Assembly: GCA_001002285.1 (NCBI GenBank)
Contig: LCLX01000001.1
Coordinates: 192,302 to 256,301, forward strand
DNA from: Microgenomates group bacterium GW2011_GWC1_46_15
Lineage (GTDB): Bacteria > Patescibacteriota > Microgenomatia > UBA1400 > UBA12028
Length of the DNA stretch: 64,000 bases
Direction: 5' to 3'
Positions within the stretch are counted from its first letter, which is position 1, and every line of letters begins with the position of its first letter. The position numbers and the translations under genes are program-made. The notes below the pieces were generated by a model, which was given only the letters and a program-made list of their open reading frames with translations, did no database searches and had not been told where the DNA came from. Below, one piece after another: positions 17,827 to 27,749 of the stretch.

Positions 17827-18854
17827 GCGAGGAATCCTCCAAAGAGTAACACTGCTGCGATGATTGTATAGAATTTTTGCTCGCTATTCAATTGAAGCGC
17901 TAACATTCCAAGAAATGCAGTGGTGATCCAGTAGAATCCTGCGATTCTCCGTTTGCCCCATCCCATGTCAAGAAGACGGTGGTGGAGATGCCCGCGGTCG
18001 CCCCACACCGGCGAGTGGCCTTTCATGATGCGGCGCAGAATGACAAACACCGCGTCAATCGTTGGAATGGCTAAAACTAACAATGCAGTTGCAACTTTTG
18101 CACCGGATAAAATGGATAAGACGGCGAGGAAGTAGCCGGCTAGTGAGCCTGCCCCGTACCCAGCCATAATTTTTTGCGGATACATGTTCCATACTAAGAA
18201 TCCCAAGAACGCGCCGGATACAATAAGTGCCAGTGTGGTAACACTCGTTTGTGCGGGATCGGTAGAGAAGCGGAGCGATAGTACACCGATCACAAACGCG
18301 GCAATACCAACAAATCCAGGCATCTGCCCATCAATACCCTTCGACCAGTTCACGATGTTCATGTTCCACACAATCCAAAGAACAGCAAAAAAATCAGCAA
18401 GCAGCCAAATGGCGTGGGAAGATCCGAATGCTTGAAATATAAGCCGCGGTTGGTCCAACGCAATAACACCAGGGCCAAGCGGATTACTGACGTATGCGAT
18501 ACCAATACCGGAACCCACAACGGCAAGTGCGGCGCAAATGGTAAGTATAAGCCGCAAGTATGGATTGAGATCAAAAAGATCGTCAAAAAAACCAACAAGC
18601 GCAAGAATGATAGCACCAATAAAAATACCAATGAAATGTTTATCAATCGGCATAAACATCAAACTCGCCACCAACGTTGCCAAGAAAATAATAATACCGC
18701 CGCCACGCGGGACAGGTTTTGTGTGAACTACTTTTGGATGCGAACTTTTTTTAGGATCGTCAATCCACCGGAACTTTTTATAGAGCGCGATAACAATTGG
18801 GGTCACGCAGAGCGCGGTTATAAAACTGACAAGTAACGCGGAAATATTGAGCAT
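17772..18854 (-). CDS. glycosyltransferase family 4 polyprenyl-phosphate sugar-1-phosphate transferase (MraY/WecA family)
   Basis: Multi-TM; NMNIVNWSKGIDGQ (MraY/WecA NxxNxxDGxDG-like); HLHHRLLDMGW. Confidence 0.7.
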   Translation of the reverse strand: MLNISALLVSFITALCVTPIVIALYKKFRWIDDPKKSSHPKVVHTKPVPRGGGIIIFLATLVASLMFMPIDKHFIGIFIGAIILALVGFFDDLFDLNPYLRLILTICAALAVVGSGIGIAYVSNPLGPGVIALDQPRLIFQAFGSSHAIWLLADFFAVLWIVWNMNIVNWSKGIDGQMPGFVGIAAFVIGVLSLRFSTDPAQTSVTTLALIVSGAFLGFLVWNMYPQKIMAGYGAGSLAGYFLAVLSILSGAKVATALLVLAIPTIDAVFVILRRIMKGHSPVWGDRGHLHHRLLDMGWGKRRIAGFYWITTAFLGMLALQLNSEQKFYTIIAAVLLFGGFLAWITLFFSSSKRLVQDSG

Positions 18855-18875
18855 ACGTTTATTTTTTAACCTTTT

Positions 18876-19202
18876 CTATCCTACGACGACTACAATGCGG
18901 ATGCACGCAATGTACACCAATACAATGGTAAGAAGTGTTGCAATGTTAAGAATCGAGAGAAGGAACTCTTGCCCGCGGATTCTTCGCGCAATCTGTGATT
19001 GAAAAAACGCGACTCCACCAGCAAATAATGGAAAGATAAAAATATATTGACTTTTTACAATGAAGTCTTGTGTCCGCGCGAGTGTGTAAAACAACGGAAT
19101 CTCCGGCGGAAGAAAAAAGAAGTACGCGATTGTTACGATGAAAAACAACATGCCCACCAATAGAAAGGAGGCAGTTGGAGTAAAAAGAGCACGTTGCGGC
19201 AT
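18876..19202 (-). CDS. small integral membrane protein
   Basis: 108 aa with three hydrophobic helices; no recognised motif. Confidence 0.35.
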   Translation of the reverse strand: MPQRALFTPTASFLLVGMLFFIVTIAYFFFLPPEIPLFYTLARTQDFIVKSQYIFIFPLFAGGVAFFQSQIARRIRGQEFLLSILNIATLLTIVLVYIACIRIVVVVG

Positions 19203-19220
19203 ATATATTTCTAAGTCCGA

Positions 19221-20744
19221 TTATTTTGATCCGACTCTACGATACAGATTCATTGTGGGCAGTTGTTTCACAAGCACATATTGGCCATTCAGGTATGTAT
19301 AAAAATCAGGAAACTTTCCATCTTCATTGCGCATCACAACAATCACTTGTGGCGGATGCGCAACTAAACTATCCATCGTTTCTTGGTACGCGTTGAAGTC
19401 TTTAATGTGGAAAGACACAGTAAATCTTCCGGAGGGAACTCTGCGGGCAAGTGCGTACAGCATGGGATCGGTGCCCCATATAAAAAGTCTACTGTTAGAA
19501 GGGGTTGTTTGTTGGATGTACGACGCGGCGGCATATGTATCGGCCATGAGCGGGTTGAACTGTTCGCGGTACTGTTCGATCGAGATATCGTGGCGGATAA
19601 ACTGGAGGAATGTGGTGTAGTAGGAAAGCATAGGGTACTGTCCTGACTGGAAACCAACGAGAATGAGCACGAGTGGAAGAACACATAGCACAGGAACAAG
19701 TGATGATTCAATCGTAGATTTTACTTTTCCAAACCAAAACGCGAGCGCAAGCGCGAGTGGAGGAAATGTTTGAAGGAAGTAGTGCGGATACGGGCGTGAA
19801 GAAAGCAATGCGGAAAAGAGTGTTAATGCCATCCACGCGTACACAAACACTGCCTGCGGAGAAAGCTTTTTCCTTGCGAAAATTAAGAGTGCGATGATGG
19901 CAGCAAACGCAGACAATTTTCCCGGCATACTGAAAAGAAAAAGGAGAAAGGGATGAGAAAAGGGTGGAGAAAACTCAAAACTATACCGGAAGTTGTATAA
20001 CAAACCAAACGCGAGATAATCTCCCAACGCGTGTTTTGCGACGAAGTACGCAATACTGAGAAGAATCGGGATGGCAAAACCCATGGCAAGAATAATGGTT
20101 GCCTTTAAGAGCGCAGAAAGGACTTCCCACGATGGTTTGCGGAGATATAAAAAGAAAAAGAGAACTCCAACCGCCGCGGCATCAAATATCGCCGGGACTT
20201 TTGTAAGCGCGCCCAATGAAAAGAGGACTCCAACGCCAAAGAGCGGAACAACATCAAGAATACGTTTCTCTTTGTGGTGAAAAAAAGAGTGCCATAGTGA
20301 TGTTTGAGTAAGTAACGCAAGTCCGCCGAGCATAAATCCCATGACGAACAACTCTCCGTTCGCGATGTTGCCTTCAAAAAATGGTAATGCTGTGAGGAGT
20401 AGTAAGAAAAATGTTGCAAGATATGCCTGTTTTTTTGTCGTAAAAAAGCGTTCGGCAACGCGGTAAAAAAGCGCGAGCATGCAGGTTGTCCAGGTCATCA
20501 GCAAAAGCTTGAACCAAAACTGTGACGGCACCATTGCAAGAAGATAAATGATCGGTGTTTTATGATCAATAATGTCTTTGTACAGCGTAAGCCCATTGCG
20601 CAGTGCCAAACCAACCGTTAAATAAATGCCCTCGTCACCGTACCAATACGGTTCAAACAAATTTGGGATGCGGAGTAAAATATTGGCAACGAGAATGAAG
20701 AAAAGTGGTTCAATGCGGACAAGAAAATGAAATAATCGTTTCAC
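19221..20744 (-). CDS. GT-C-fold membrane glycosyltransferase (ArnT/PMT-like)
   Basis: N-terminal YGDEGIYLTVGLALRNGLTLYKDIIDHKTP (DE motif of GT-C lipid-linked-sugar transferases), >10 TM helices, C-terminal soluble domain. Confidence 0.55.
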   Translation of the reverse strand: MKRLFHFLVRIEPLFFILVANILLRIPNLFEPYWYGDEGIYLTVGLALRNGLTLYKDIIDHKTPIIYLLAMVPSQFWFKLLLMTWTTCMLALFYRVAERFFTTKKQAYLATFFLLLLTALPFFEGNIANGELFVMGFMLGGLALLTQTSLWHSFFHHKEKRILDVVPLFGVGVLFSLGALTKVPAIFDAAAVGVLFFFLYLRKPSWEVLSALLKATIILAMGFAIPILLSIAYFVAKHALGDYLAFGLLYNFRYSFEFSPPFSHPFLLFLFSMPGKLSAFAAIIALLIFARKKLSPQAVFVYAWMALTLFSALLSSRPYPHYFLQTFPPLALALAFWFGKVKSTIESSLVPVLCVLPLVLILVGFQSGQYPMLSYYTTFLQFIRHDISIEQYREQFNPLMADTYAAASYIQQTTPSNSRLFIWGTDPMLYALARRVPSGRFTVSFHIKDFNAYQETMDSLVAHPPQVIVVMRNEDGKFPDFYTYLNGQYVLVKQLPTMNLYRRVGSK

Positions 20745-20767
20745 CGAGTCATTGTACTATAGAACTT

Positions 20768-22285
20768 CTATACTTTCTCAGTGACGCGGTACTCGATGTA
20801 TTTACCGAGCATCAAGCGGGTATGTGAATCAATACCTGGGAGTGCTGAGAAGAAAAATCCAATGATGGGAAGCAAAATATACTCAAATGGTTGAATAAGT
20901 ACTTTAAGAAAAGAAACTTCTTTTGGCCGCGGTGGACGAGAACGTGCATCAATAACAAAAATAGTGAGGAGTGAAACAAGGCTCAGGGTTAAAATTGCGG
21001 AAGTAACTTGCGGGAGTGTTTTTCCAAGAATGGTTCGGCTGAACTGTTCATTGAGAAGCGTTGGAAATAGTGCGCCAAGCGTGATCGCAAACCAGTTCAC
21101 GGGCCAAAGGAAGTGATCTTCTACGGTCTTAAACACGCGGATTGTTTTATCCCAGAACGGAATGTTTTCAGCAAGAATCCATTGTTTGAGAATGTACGCA
21201 TCGTCACTCACACCCCAAGACCATCGTTTGATTTGCTCATACTGATTTTTCATTGTTGGCCAAAACCCATGTGATTCTGGGGCGTCTGCGTATACGGGAA
21301 TAAACATAGGAACAACCTCCAAATCGCCTTTTTTCGCAAAGTACGCTTTAAAGAACAGACGGTAGTCTTCCGGAATAACATCGGTATCCCAATACCCGAT
21401 CTCATCAATAAGTTTTAGTGATACTGAGTATGTGGAAAAATTAATAAGCCGGTCCTGCCGCATCAAAATAAACATTTGCATAACTGAGAACATTGAGGCG
21501 AGCACGCGCACAGGAGCAGGAACTTTCCAAATATTGTTGTAAAACATGATGGATGGTTGCCAAATACGGTTATATCGTTTGGGATCGTCAAGGAACTTAA
21601 ACGTGAGCGCGCTAAAATAATTCGGATGGAACTGCGCATCGGCGTCTTGGCTGGAAATGGTCACGTAGTTGATATCAATTTTTTGCTGGTCCACGAGCTT
21701 ATGTTTTGCCTCTTTTGCTCCCCAGCACATGTTTGATGATTTCCCTTTGACTTCACCCGCAATGTCGGGATGAAACGTACACCACAAATGACCAAACGTT
21801 TTTGCATAAAGTTTTTGAAGTGTTTTTGCTTTTTCTTTCCCCCCCTCTCCCTCGCGTTCTTCAAATGAAAGCATAATAGACATGTTTTCTAATGGAAACG
21901 TTTGTTTTTTGAGGCTTTCGATGGTGCGCTGGAGTGTGGAAAGCGGTTCTTTATATGTTGGAATCACGACAATGTGGTGAATGCGTTTCCAGTCTGGGAA
22001 TTGTTGAAGATCTCCGAGCCAGTCAAAGTTCTGAGAGGCGCGGATGCGGAAGTGCGCAACGGTCGCGAGTACAGCCATACTGAGTGAGCGGTAAAGCCAA
22101 TACATATCGAAAAAAATGATGTAGTACGCGACAACTTCTGGCACAACAAGCGCGCCCCATACGGGAAAAAGAATGAGCCACCACGACGTGAACCCGGGAA
22201 GGATTTCCAGGAAGCGCTGTGTTTTGACGGGATAGCGGCGGACGATTCTGCGCAGGAACGGAAACATATCGGGGTATTGTACCAT
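20768..22285 (-). CDS. glycosyltransferase family 2, processive (cellulose-synthase-like) membrane GT
   Basis: HIVVIPTYKEP, SQDADAQ (DxD) and QIKRW (QxxRW) motifs; TM segments at both ends. Confidence 0.7.
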   Translation of the reverse strand: MVQYPDMFPFLRRIVRRYPVKTQRFLEILPGFTSWWLILFPVWGALVVPEVVAYYIIFFDMYWLYRSLSMAVLATVAHFRIRASQNFDWLGDLQQFPDWKRIHHIVVIPTYKEPLSTLQRTIESLKKQTFPLENMSIMLSFEEREGEGGKEKAKTLQKLYAKTFGHLWCTFHPDIAGEVKGKSSNMCWGAKEAKHKLVDQQKIDINYVTISSQDADAQFHPNYFSALTFKFLDDPKRYNRIWQPSIMFYNNIWKVPAPVRVLASMFSVMQMFILMRQDRLINFSTYSVSLKLIDEIGYWDTDVIPEDYRLFFKAYFAKKGDLEVVPMFIPVYADAPESHGFWPTMKNQYEQIKRWSWGVSDDAYILKQWILAENIPFWDKTIRVFKTVEDHFLWPVNWFAITLGALFPTLLNEQFSRTILGKTLPQVTSAILTLSLVSLLTIFVIDARSRPPRPKEVSFLKVLIQPFEYILLPIIGFFFSALPGIDSHTRLMLGKYIEYRVTEKV

Positions 22286-22313
22286 GAAAAAGGAGGTATT
22301 ACTTGAGGAAAAG

Positions 22314-23123
22314 TTACGTCGTTTGTAGATTAAAAAACCGCATACTATTTTCGCTTATCATTTTTTCAAATATATCTTTCTCCATCGAAAGAAAATCTGC
22401 AAGAAATGCCGATGTTTCTGCGATATACGCAGGTTCATTGATATTTCCTCGCTTAGATTGTGGAGCGAGAAAAGGCGCGTCGGTTTCGATAAGGAGACGG
22501 TCATGCGGGGTATGGCGTGCCAACTCGCGGATACCATCTGCGTTTTTATATGTCACATTTCCAGCAAAACTGATAGAGAACCCAAGTTCTAATGCTTTGT
22601 TGAGATATTCTATTGAGCCGGACATGCAGTGCAGAACAGCGCGGGGTGTTTTTCCATCGCTTTTTGAAAAATGATTGAGAACATCAAGGACATCATCGTA
22701 TGCATCTCTGCAGTGAATAATCAGCGGTAAATCGTATGTTTTTGCTAATGTAATATGCTCACCAAACAATAGTTTTTGTCTATGCTTTTCCTGTTCGGCG
22801 TTTTGGTCTTTTGGAACATGAAAATAATCGAGTCCACATTCACCAATTGCCACAAGCGAATCTTTATGGTGTTCAATGAGCGCGCGGAGCTGTTGGATTT
22901 CAGTGTGTGTAGACGAAGCCGGGGTGTCGGTTGGATGGTAGCCAACCGCGCAAAACAAATTTGGATCCTGGTGCGCAACTTCAATCGCGCGCGCGTTACT
23001 TTGCGCATCTGTTCCAATCACAATGCTTTTGGAAACGCCGGCAGCCTGTGCCTCTTTCCAATATCTCTTCCAATCTGCATACAATGGGTCAAGATTGTAA
23101 TGGATGTGCGTATCAATAATCAT
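22314..23123 (-). CDS. tatD: TatD-family metal-dependent hydrolase/DNase
   Basis: IIDTHIHYNLDP, GECGLDY, LLIETDAPFL TatD motifs. The track start at 23297 gives a ~58-aa non-homologous N-extension overlapping metG; the likely start is ~23123 (MIIDTHIH). Confidence 0.75.
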   Translation of the reverse strand: MIIDTHIHYNLDPLYADWKRYWKEAQAAGVSKSIVIGTDAQSNARAIEVAHQDPNLFCAVGYHPTDTPASSTHTEIQQLRALIEHHKDSLVAIGECGLDYFHVPKDQNAEQEKHRQKLLFGEHITLAKTYDLPLIIHCRDAYDDVLDVLNHFSKSDGKTPRAVLHCMSGSIEYLNKALELGFSISFAGNVTYKNADGIRELARHTPHDRLLIETDAPFLAPQSKRGNINEPAYIAETSAFLADFLSMEKDIFEKMISENSMRFFNLQTT

Positions 23124-24541
23124 GCCGAAAGCCTTGGAAAAAGCGGCGCGGGTTGTGTGATGGTTTTTTCCGTAAAGATACTCAACATGCGTTTGGCAGT
23201 TTCTGGCAAAAATGGTTGGAGGTCGTATCCTACCGCAATTACTCCAGCGACAAGCTCGTTGAGTGTCTTGAGACGATCGTCGCCTTTTTTCTCCCAAACT
23301 TTTTCATCGCTGATGCGTTTGTTAAGCGCAGAAATACGGTTCCATATATCGTCAAGCGCCCCTCTCAGCGCAAATCGGTTGATAGCCTGAGATACCGCGG
23401 GGGAGAATGTTTTTACGTTTGTCGCAGCAATACTGGAGCCTTCGCACAACTTTGCCAACCGCGATACTAAGTTTCCTAGTTCATTTGCCAGCGCGGAACT
23501 ATACATCTCGCCAACGCGGTCAATGCTAATATCGCCGTCCTCGGTTGTTGGAATCTCGCGGAGCACATAGTAACGAACGGGTTCAACGCCGTATTTTTCA
23601 ATGATTTCGATGGGGTCAATCACGTTCCCGAGTGTTTTACTCATCTTTTGACCGTTCACCGTAATATAGCCGTGCGAGTAAATGCGTTTTGGAAGTGGTA
23701 GTTTTGCAGACAAGAGCATAGCCGGCCAGTACACCGCGTGAAAACGGATAATGCCTTTGCCGATCAAATGGACATCGGCTGGCCACCATTTTTTATATTT
23801 CTGCTCATCAATACCGAAACCAACACCGCTTTGATAGACGTTGAGCGCGTCAAACCACACATACATCATTTGTGTCGAATCACCCGGAACTTCAACACCC
23901 CAATTATGCGCACGCTCTTTAGAACGCGAAATACTAATGTCCCGCACATCACCCTGTAAAAAGCGGACTACCTCGTTTTTTTGTTTTTCCGGAATGATTT
24001 CAAGCTCACCCGATTCAATCAGCTGTAAAATCTTTTCTTTATACGATGATAACTTGAAAAAATAATTTTCCTCGCCAACCTTTTCCAATTTTTTTCCTGG
24101 ATGTTCAAAACACTCACCATTTTTATTGAGTTCATCTGGTGTATAGAACGCCTCGCATCCCACACAGTACAGCCCTTCGTACGTTTTTTTGTAGATATCA
24201 CCGTTTTTTGCGCACAGTTTCCACAATTCTTGGCTGGAAACGTGGTGTTTTTCACTACTCGACCGCTGAAATACATCGAACTGTACAGAGAGTTTTTCAG
24301 CAAGCTCAACAAACTCATCGGCATGCAATGTGCAAAATGCCCGCACTTCCTGCCCTGCTTTTTCCGCGGCCTGTACGTTTTTTAGTGCGTTTTCATCAGA
24401 GCCAGTGAGATACATCGTTTCATCGCCAGCCAAACGGTGGTACCGCGCGATCACGTCACCCTGCACAAACTCAAGCGCGTGCCCAATATGCGGCTTCGCG
24501 TTTACGTACGGAATGGCGGCGGTAATATAAAACTTCGTCAT
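23120..24541 (-). CDS. metG: methionine--tRNA ligase (short form)
   Basis: AAIPYVNAKPHIGHALE (HIGH motif); QKMSKTLGN (KMSKS); 473 aa, lacking the C-terminal tRNA-binding extension. Confidence 0.9.
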   Translation of the reverse strand: MTKFYITAAIPYVNAKPHIGHALEFVQGDVIARYHRLAGDETMYLTGSDENALKNVQAAEKAGQEVRAFCTLHADEFVELAEKLSVQFDVFQRSSSEKHHVSSQELWKLCAKNGDIYKKTYEGLYCVGCEAFYTPDELNKNGECFEHPGKKLEKVGEENYFFKLSSYKEKILQLIESGELEIIPEKQKNEVVRFLQGDVRDISISRSKERAHNWGVEVPGDSTQMMYVWFDALNVYQSGVGFGIDEQKYKKWWPADVHLIGKGIIRFHAVYWPAMLLSAKLPLPKRIYSHGYITVNGQKMSKTLGNVIDPIEIIEKYGVEPVRYYVLREIPTTEDGDISIDRVGEMYSSALANELGNLVSRLAKLCEGSSIAATNVKTFSPAVSQAINRFALRGALDDIWNRISALNKRISDEKVWEKKGDDRLKTLNELVAGVIAVGYDLQPFLPETAKRMLSIFTEKTITQPAPLFPRLSA

Positions 24542-24559
24542 AACAGGTATTGTACCGCA

Positions 24560-24937
24560 TTATTTTTTAGATTTTGGTGAGGGTTTTGCAAACATGCGTA
24601 AAAATTTCTTACTCATTGAACTTGCCCACTTATCCACTTTCATCTTTTGAAGTGCAAGTTTCATTCCTTTTGCATTTGTTTTTTCTGCAACAGTAGCAAT
24701 GGTGGCGCTGGAAACGTGAAGAATTTTCCCAATCTCTGTGTAGTTTTTTCCATCATTTAAAAACGCTGCTATAGCAAGTCTTTTTGTAAGCATATCCATT
24801 TCTCCGCGGCCCAAAAAATCCTCAAGAAAAACGCGCGACTCTTTCACTGTAGAAAGATCGGCGATCACTTGAAAAAAAGAGCGGTGAAGCTCCTCTTCAA
24901 ACACACTCTGCAGTTTTTGCGAAGACATTTTTGGCAT
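24560..24937 (-). CDS. TrpR-like YerC/YecD-family DNA-binding protein
   Basis: About 125 aa with HTH YTEIGKILHVSSATIATV, characteristic of the Trp-repressor-like YerC family; sits directly upstream of metG. Confidence 0.55.
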   Translation of the reverse strand: MPKMSSQKLQSVFEEELHRSFFQVIADLSTVKESRVFLEDFLGRGEMDMLTKRLAIAAFLNDGKNYTEIGKILHVSSATIATVAEKTNAKGMKLALQKMKVDKWASSMSKKFLRMFAKPSPKSKK

Positions 24938-24978
24938 ATATATTCCAGGGCAAACGGGATGTTCAGTACAATAGCAAG

Positions 24979-25323
24979 CTATTGTTTAGCAGTCAAGAGC
25001 AATTCAAATGATAAAAGTGTTAAAAGCAGAATAACGATGTTTAATGCGCTGATCATATGCAGAAAAGAGAACAAAATCAGGATGGTAAGACCAATGGCGA
25101 GCAACAATCCTCTTCTCATATTTAAGAAGAGGTAACTCAGTAAAAAACACGCGGAAAGAAAAATAAGGAGAAATATAATGGCATATGAGTTTTCCGGTGG
25201 AATGGTGCGAATAATGGATGGATCAACAAAAAAGAAAATTTCGAGAAGGATGAAGAGGAAGAAAACTCCGATGCCAAGAGTGGGAATGGTGTTGAGATAT
25301 GTTTTTTTTGTCACTCTGGTCAT
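24979..25323 (-). CDS. small integral membrane protein
   Basis: 114 aa with three hydrophobic helices. Confidence 0.35.
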   Translation of the reverse strand: MTRVTKKTYLNTIPTLGIGVFFLFILLEIFFFVDPSIIRTIPPENSYAIIFLLIFLSACFLLSYLFLNMRRGLLLAIGLTILILFSFLHMISALNIVILLLTLLSFELLLTAKQ

Positions 25324-25357
25324 TCTATCCTACTCCGCGCTTTGATAGAATAACCAC

Positions 25358-26410
25358 ATGACAGATTTACTCGTCATTCTTCTTTCGCTCGCCGCGCTTG
25401 TGGCTTTTTTTGCGTGGTACCTCAACAAGAAATTTTCCGAAATGACTGTAAAAAAGGAAGACACCACATTGGTTGAGTGGATCAAGGCAACGCAGGAAGA
25501 TATTAAAAATCTTCAGCAAACGCTGCACGACTCGATGCAAAAATCCAATCAGAACATGACCGTAACGCTTCAGCAGAACACAAAGGACATTCATGACCGT
25601 TTGACGCGGGCGGCGGAAGTCATCGGCGAACTTAAAAGAGAGGCAGGAGCGTTCAGTGAAGTCGGCCGTTCTATGAAAGAACTGCAGGAGTTTTTGAAGT
25701 CCCCTAAACTGCGTGGAAACATTGGTGAGCGTGTACTCAATGATCTCATTGGGCAGATGTTTCCAAAACAGAGCTTTTTTATTCAGTATAAGTTTCGGTC
25801 AGGAAATACGGTTGATGCGGCAATCAAAACAGATGCCGGGATTCTTCCGATTGATTCGAAGTTTCCCATGGAGAACTTCCAAAAAATGGCAAAAGAAGAA
25901 ACGGAGAAGGGTCGCGATCTTGCTCGTAAGGAATTTATTCGTAATGTACGGAGTCATATTGACGCAATCTCTTCAAAATACATTTTGCCGGAAGAAGGAA
26001 CGATGGATTTTGCATTGATGTATGTGCCTTCCGAGTCGGTGTACTACGAAATCGTCAACATGAATGACGTGATGGAGTACGCCCGCATCCAACGGGTATA
26101 TATCGTTTCGCCATCAACGCTCTACGCGCATCTGCAAACAATTTTGCTCTCGTTTGAAGGAAAAAATCTTGAACAAAAAAGCCGTGAGGTGCTTCGGTTA
26201 TTGCACGCGGTGAAAAAAGACTATGGAAAAGCGCTCACGCAGTTTGCGGTTCTTGGGAAACACGTAACGAATGCATACAACAGTGTTTCAACGGTTTCCG
26301 GTGCGTTTTCCCAGCTTGGCCAAAAGCTAGAAAGTACGGATAGACTTGAAGATGGAAAAGAAAAATCCCGGACATTGCTACAAGCAAGCGAGAGTGTGGA
26401 AGAGGAATAA
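25358..26410 (+). CDS. rmuC: DNA recombination protein RmuC
   Basis: N-terminal TM, long coiled coil, C-terminal ILPIDSKFPMENF and FALMYVPSESVYYE, typical of the RmuC family. Confidence 0.7.
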   Translation: MTDLLVILLSLAALVAFFAWYLNKKFSEMTVKKEDTTLVEWIKATQEDIKNLQQTLHDSMQKSNQNMTVTLQQNTKDIHDRLTRAAEVIGELKREAGAFSEVGRSMKELQEFLKSPKLRGNIGERVLNDLIGQMFPKQSFFIQYKFRSGNTVDAAIKTDAGILPIDSKFPMENFQKMAKEETEKGRDLARKEFIRNVRSHIDAISSKYILPEEGTMDFALMYVPSESVYYEIVNMNDVMEYARIQRVYIVSPSTLYAHLQTILLSFEGKNLEQKSREVLRLLHAVKKDYGKALTQFAVLGKHVTNAYNSVSTVSGAFSQLGQKLESTDRLEDGKEKSRTLLQASESVEEE

Positions 26411-26417
26411 TTTTTCA

Positions 26418-26825
26418 CTACTGTTTTGGTTGAATATAGAGTTCAAAGTTGACCGGAGGGAACGGCAAGTCGTTCGTACGTGGATCCGCGCGCAACACGT
26501 CTTCATGTAAAAGATTGAGCGTTTTTTGCATCGCGGATTGTGATGCGGTTTGTTGTTCCGTAACCGGCGTGGGAGTTGGCTGGACAGAAATAGGTAATTG
26601 TTTTTTCATTGTCAGAAGCGCTAAAACAAATACTAGCAAAAATATACCAACCGATACTCCGATCATAACGAGGCGGATATTTTTTTTCTTAGGAAGTTGT
26701 GTGCCCCCATTGGCCGTGCGCAACGAATCAAACAACGGCTGCTCTTCTGCAAACGTTGTCTGCTCATCCATTACGGGAACGTCAAGTTGTTTTTCATCTG
26801 GTTGTAGAATAGGTTCTTGGTTCAT
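26418..26825 (-). CDS. hypothetical single-pass membrane protein
   Basis: 135 aa; central TM (IRLVMIGVSVGIFLLVFVLALL); Pro/Thr-rich tail. 4-nt overlap with the upstream gene. Confidence 0.4.
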   Translation of the reverse strand: MNQEPILQPDEKQLDVPVMDEQTTFAEEQPLFDSLRTANGGTQLPKKKNIRLVMIGVSVGIFLLVFVLALLTMKKQLPISVQPTPTPVTEQQTASQSAMQKTLNLLHEDVLRADPRTNDLPFPPVNFELYIQPKQ

Positions 26826-27655
26826 TGCGCGAGCTCCTTCACAAAACTTTCAGCTTGTAGAACTTTTGAGTACACCGCATTCAATCCGTCAATAATGCGG
26901 ACATAGGTTGAAAGCGACATCGGGGTTTGATTTGTTGAGAAACCGAGTTGTTCGTCTGTTTTTTTCATGAACACATCTGCGATATCCATCGTGCGTTGAA
27001 GCTCATCAAATCCCCGTAGTTTTTCTGTTTTCTTCGAAACATCAATTGTTTGTTGATCAATGTCGGCGCGGAGTTGTGTTGAAACGATGCGGAGTTGATC
27101 AATTGCGTACTGCATGGCGGCAATTTTAGAAAGCGCGAGCGTCATGTATGCGGTAGAAAGCAATGGCGTTTGTCTTTCGGAAAACTGTGTTGAAGCAACG
27201 TCGAGTGCAACGCGATCCTGCGCGGCATCAACCAGTAATTTTTGCACGTTCAAATCATCAAGAATCTGCTGAATTTTTGTTTGCTGTTCCGCGCGTTTTG
27301 TGAGATCAAGTCCTTTGAGATCGGAAATATACGTGAGCAGTGTTTGAAAATATGACGTTAGTGTTCCAATGCGCGCAAGCTGAACGTTTCTTGACGCGGC
27401 AACGGCAACGTCAAGCAGGGCAAGTGTTTGGAGTTGGAGATACTGTTCATGCGCGACGGAAAACTGTTGTTCTTTTTCACGGTAGGTGTTTAATGTCGCG
27501 ATGTACGCTTGTTTTGCGGTATCAAACGTGGAAGGAGTTTGTTGGGCGTACAACGTAATGGGGGATACAACCAGTACGGTGAAGATAGTGAAGAAAGAAA
27601 CGATAGCAATGAGGTGGGCGAGTTTCACAGATTCATTATAAAGTGTTTGGAGCAC
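26822..27655 (-). CDS. hypothetical secreted/anchored coiled-coil protein
   Basis: N-terminal hydrophobic segment followed by Q/L-rich heptad-like sequence. Confidence 0.4.
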   Translation of the reverse strand: MLQTLYNESVKLAHLIAIVSFFTIFTVLVVSPITLYAQQTPSTFDTAKQAYIATLNTYREKEQQFSVAHEQYLQLQTLALLDVAVAASRNVQLARIGTLTSYFQTLLTYISDLKGLDLTKRAEQQTKIQQILDDLNVQKLLVDAAQDRVALDVASTQFSERQTPLLSTAYMTLALSKIAAMQYAIDQLRIVSTQLRADIDQQTIDVSKKTEKLRGFDELQRTMDIADVFMKKTDEQLGFSTNQTPMSLSTYVRIIDGLNAVYSKVLQAESFVKELAQ

Positions 27656-27679
27656 GGCTGCTACGATATTTAAAAATAT

Positions 27680-27694
27680 GCGCTAGATCGTTGC
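27680..27694. promoter_or_regulatory. conserved 15-mer GCGCTAGATCGTTGC overlapping a -35-like TTGCTT (copy 1)
   Basis: Exact 15-nt identity with 40610..40624; 56 nt upstream of the ATG at 27750. Confidence 0.5.
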
Positions 27695-27749
27695 TTTTTG
27701 TTTAACGTGGTATACTTCAGCGCAGTAATACTTTTTGAAAGGAGCCAAA

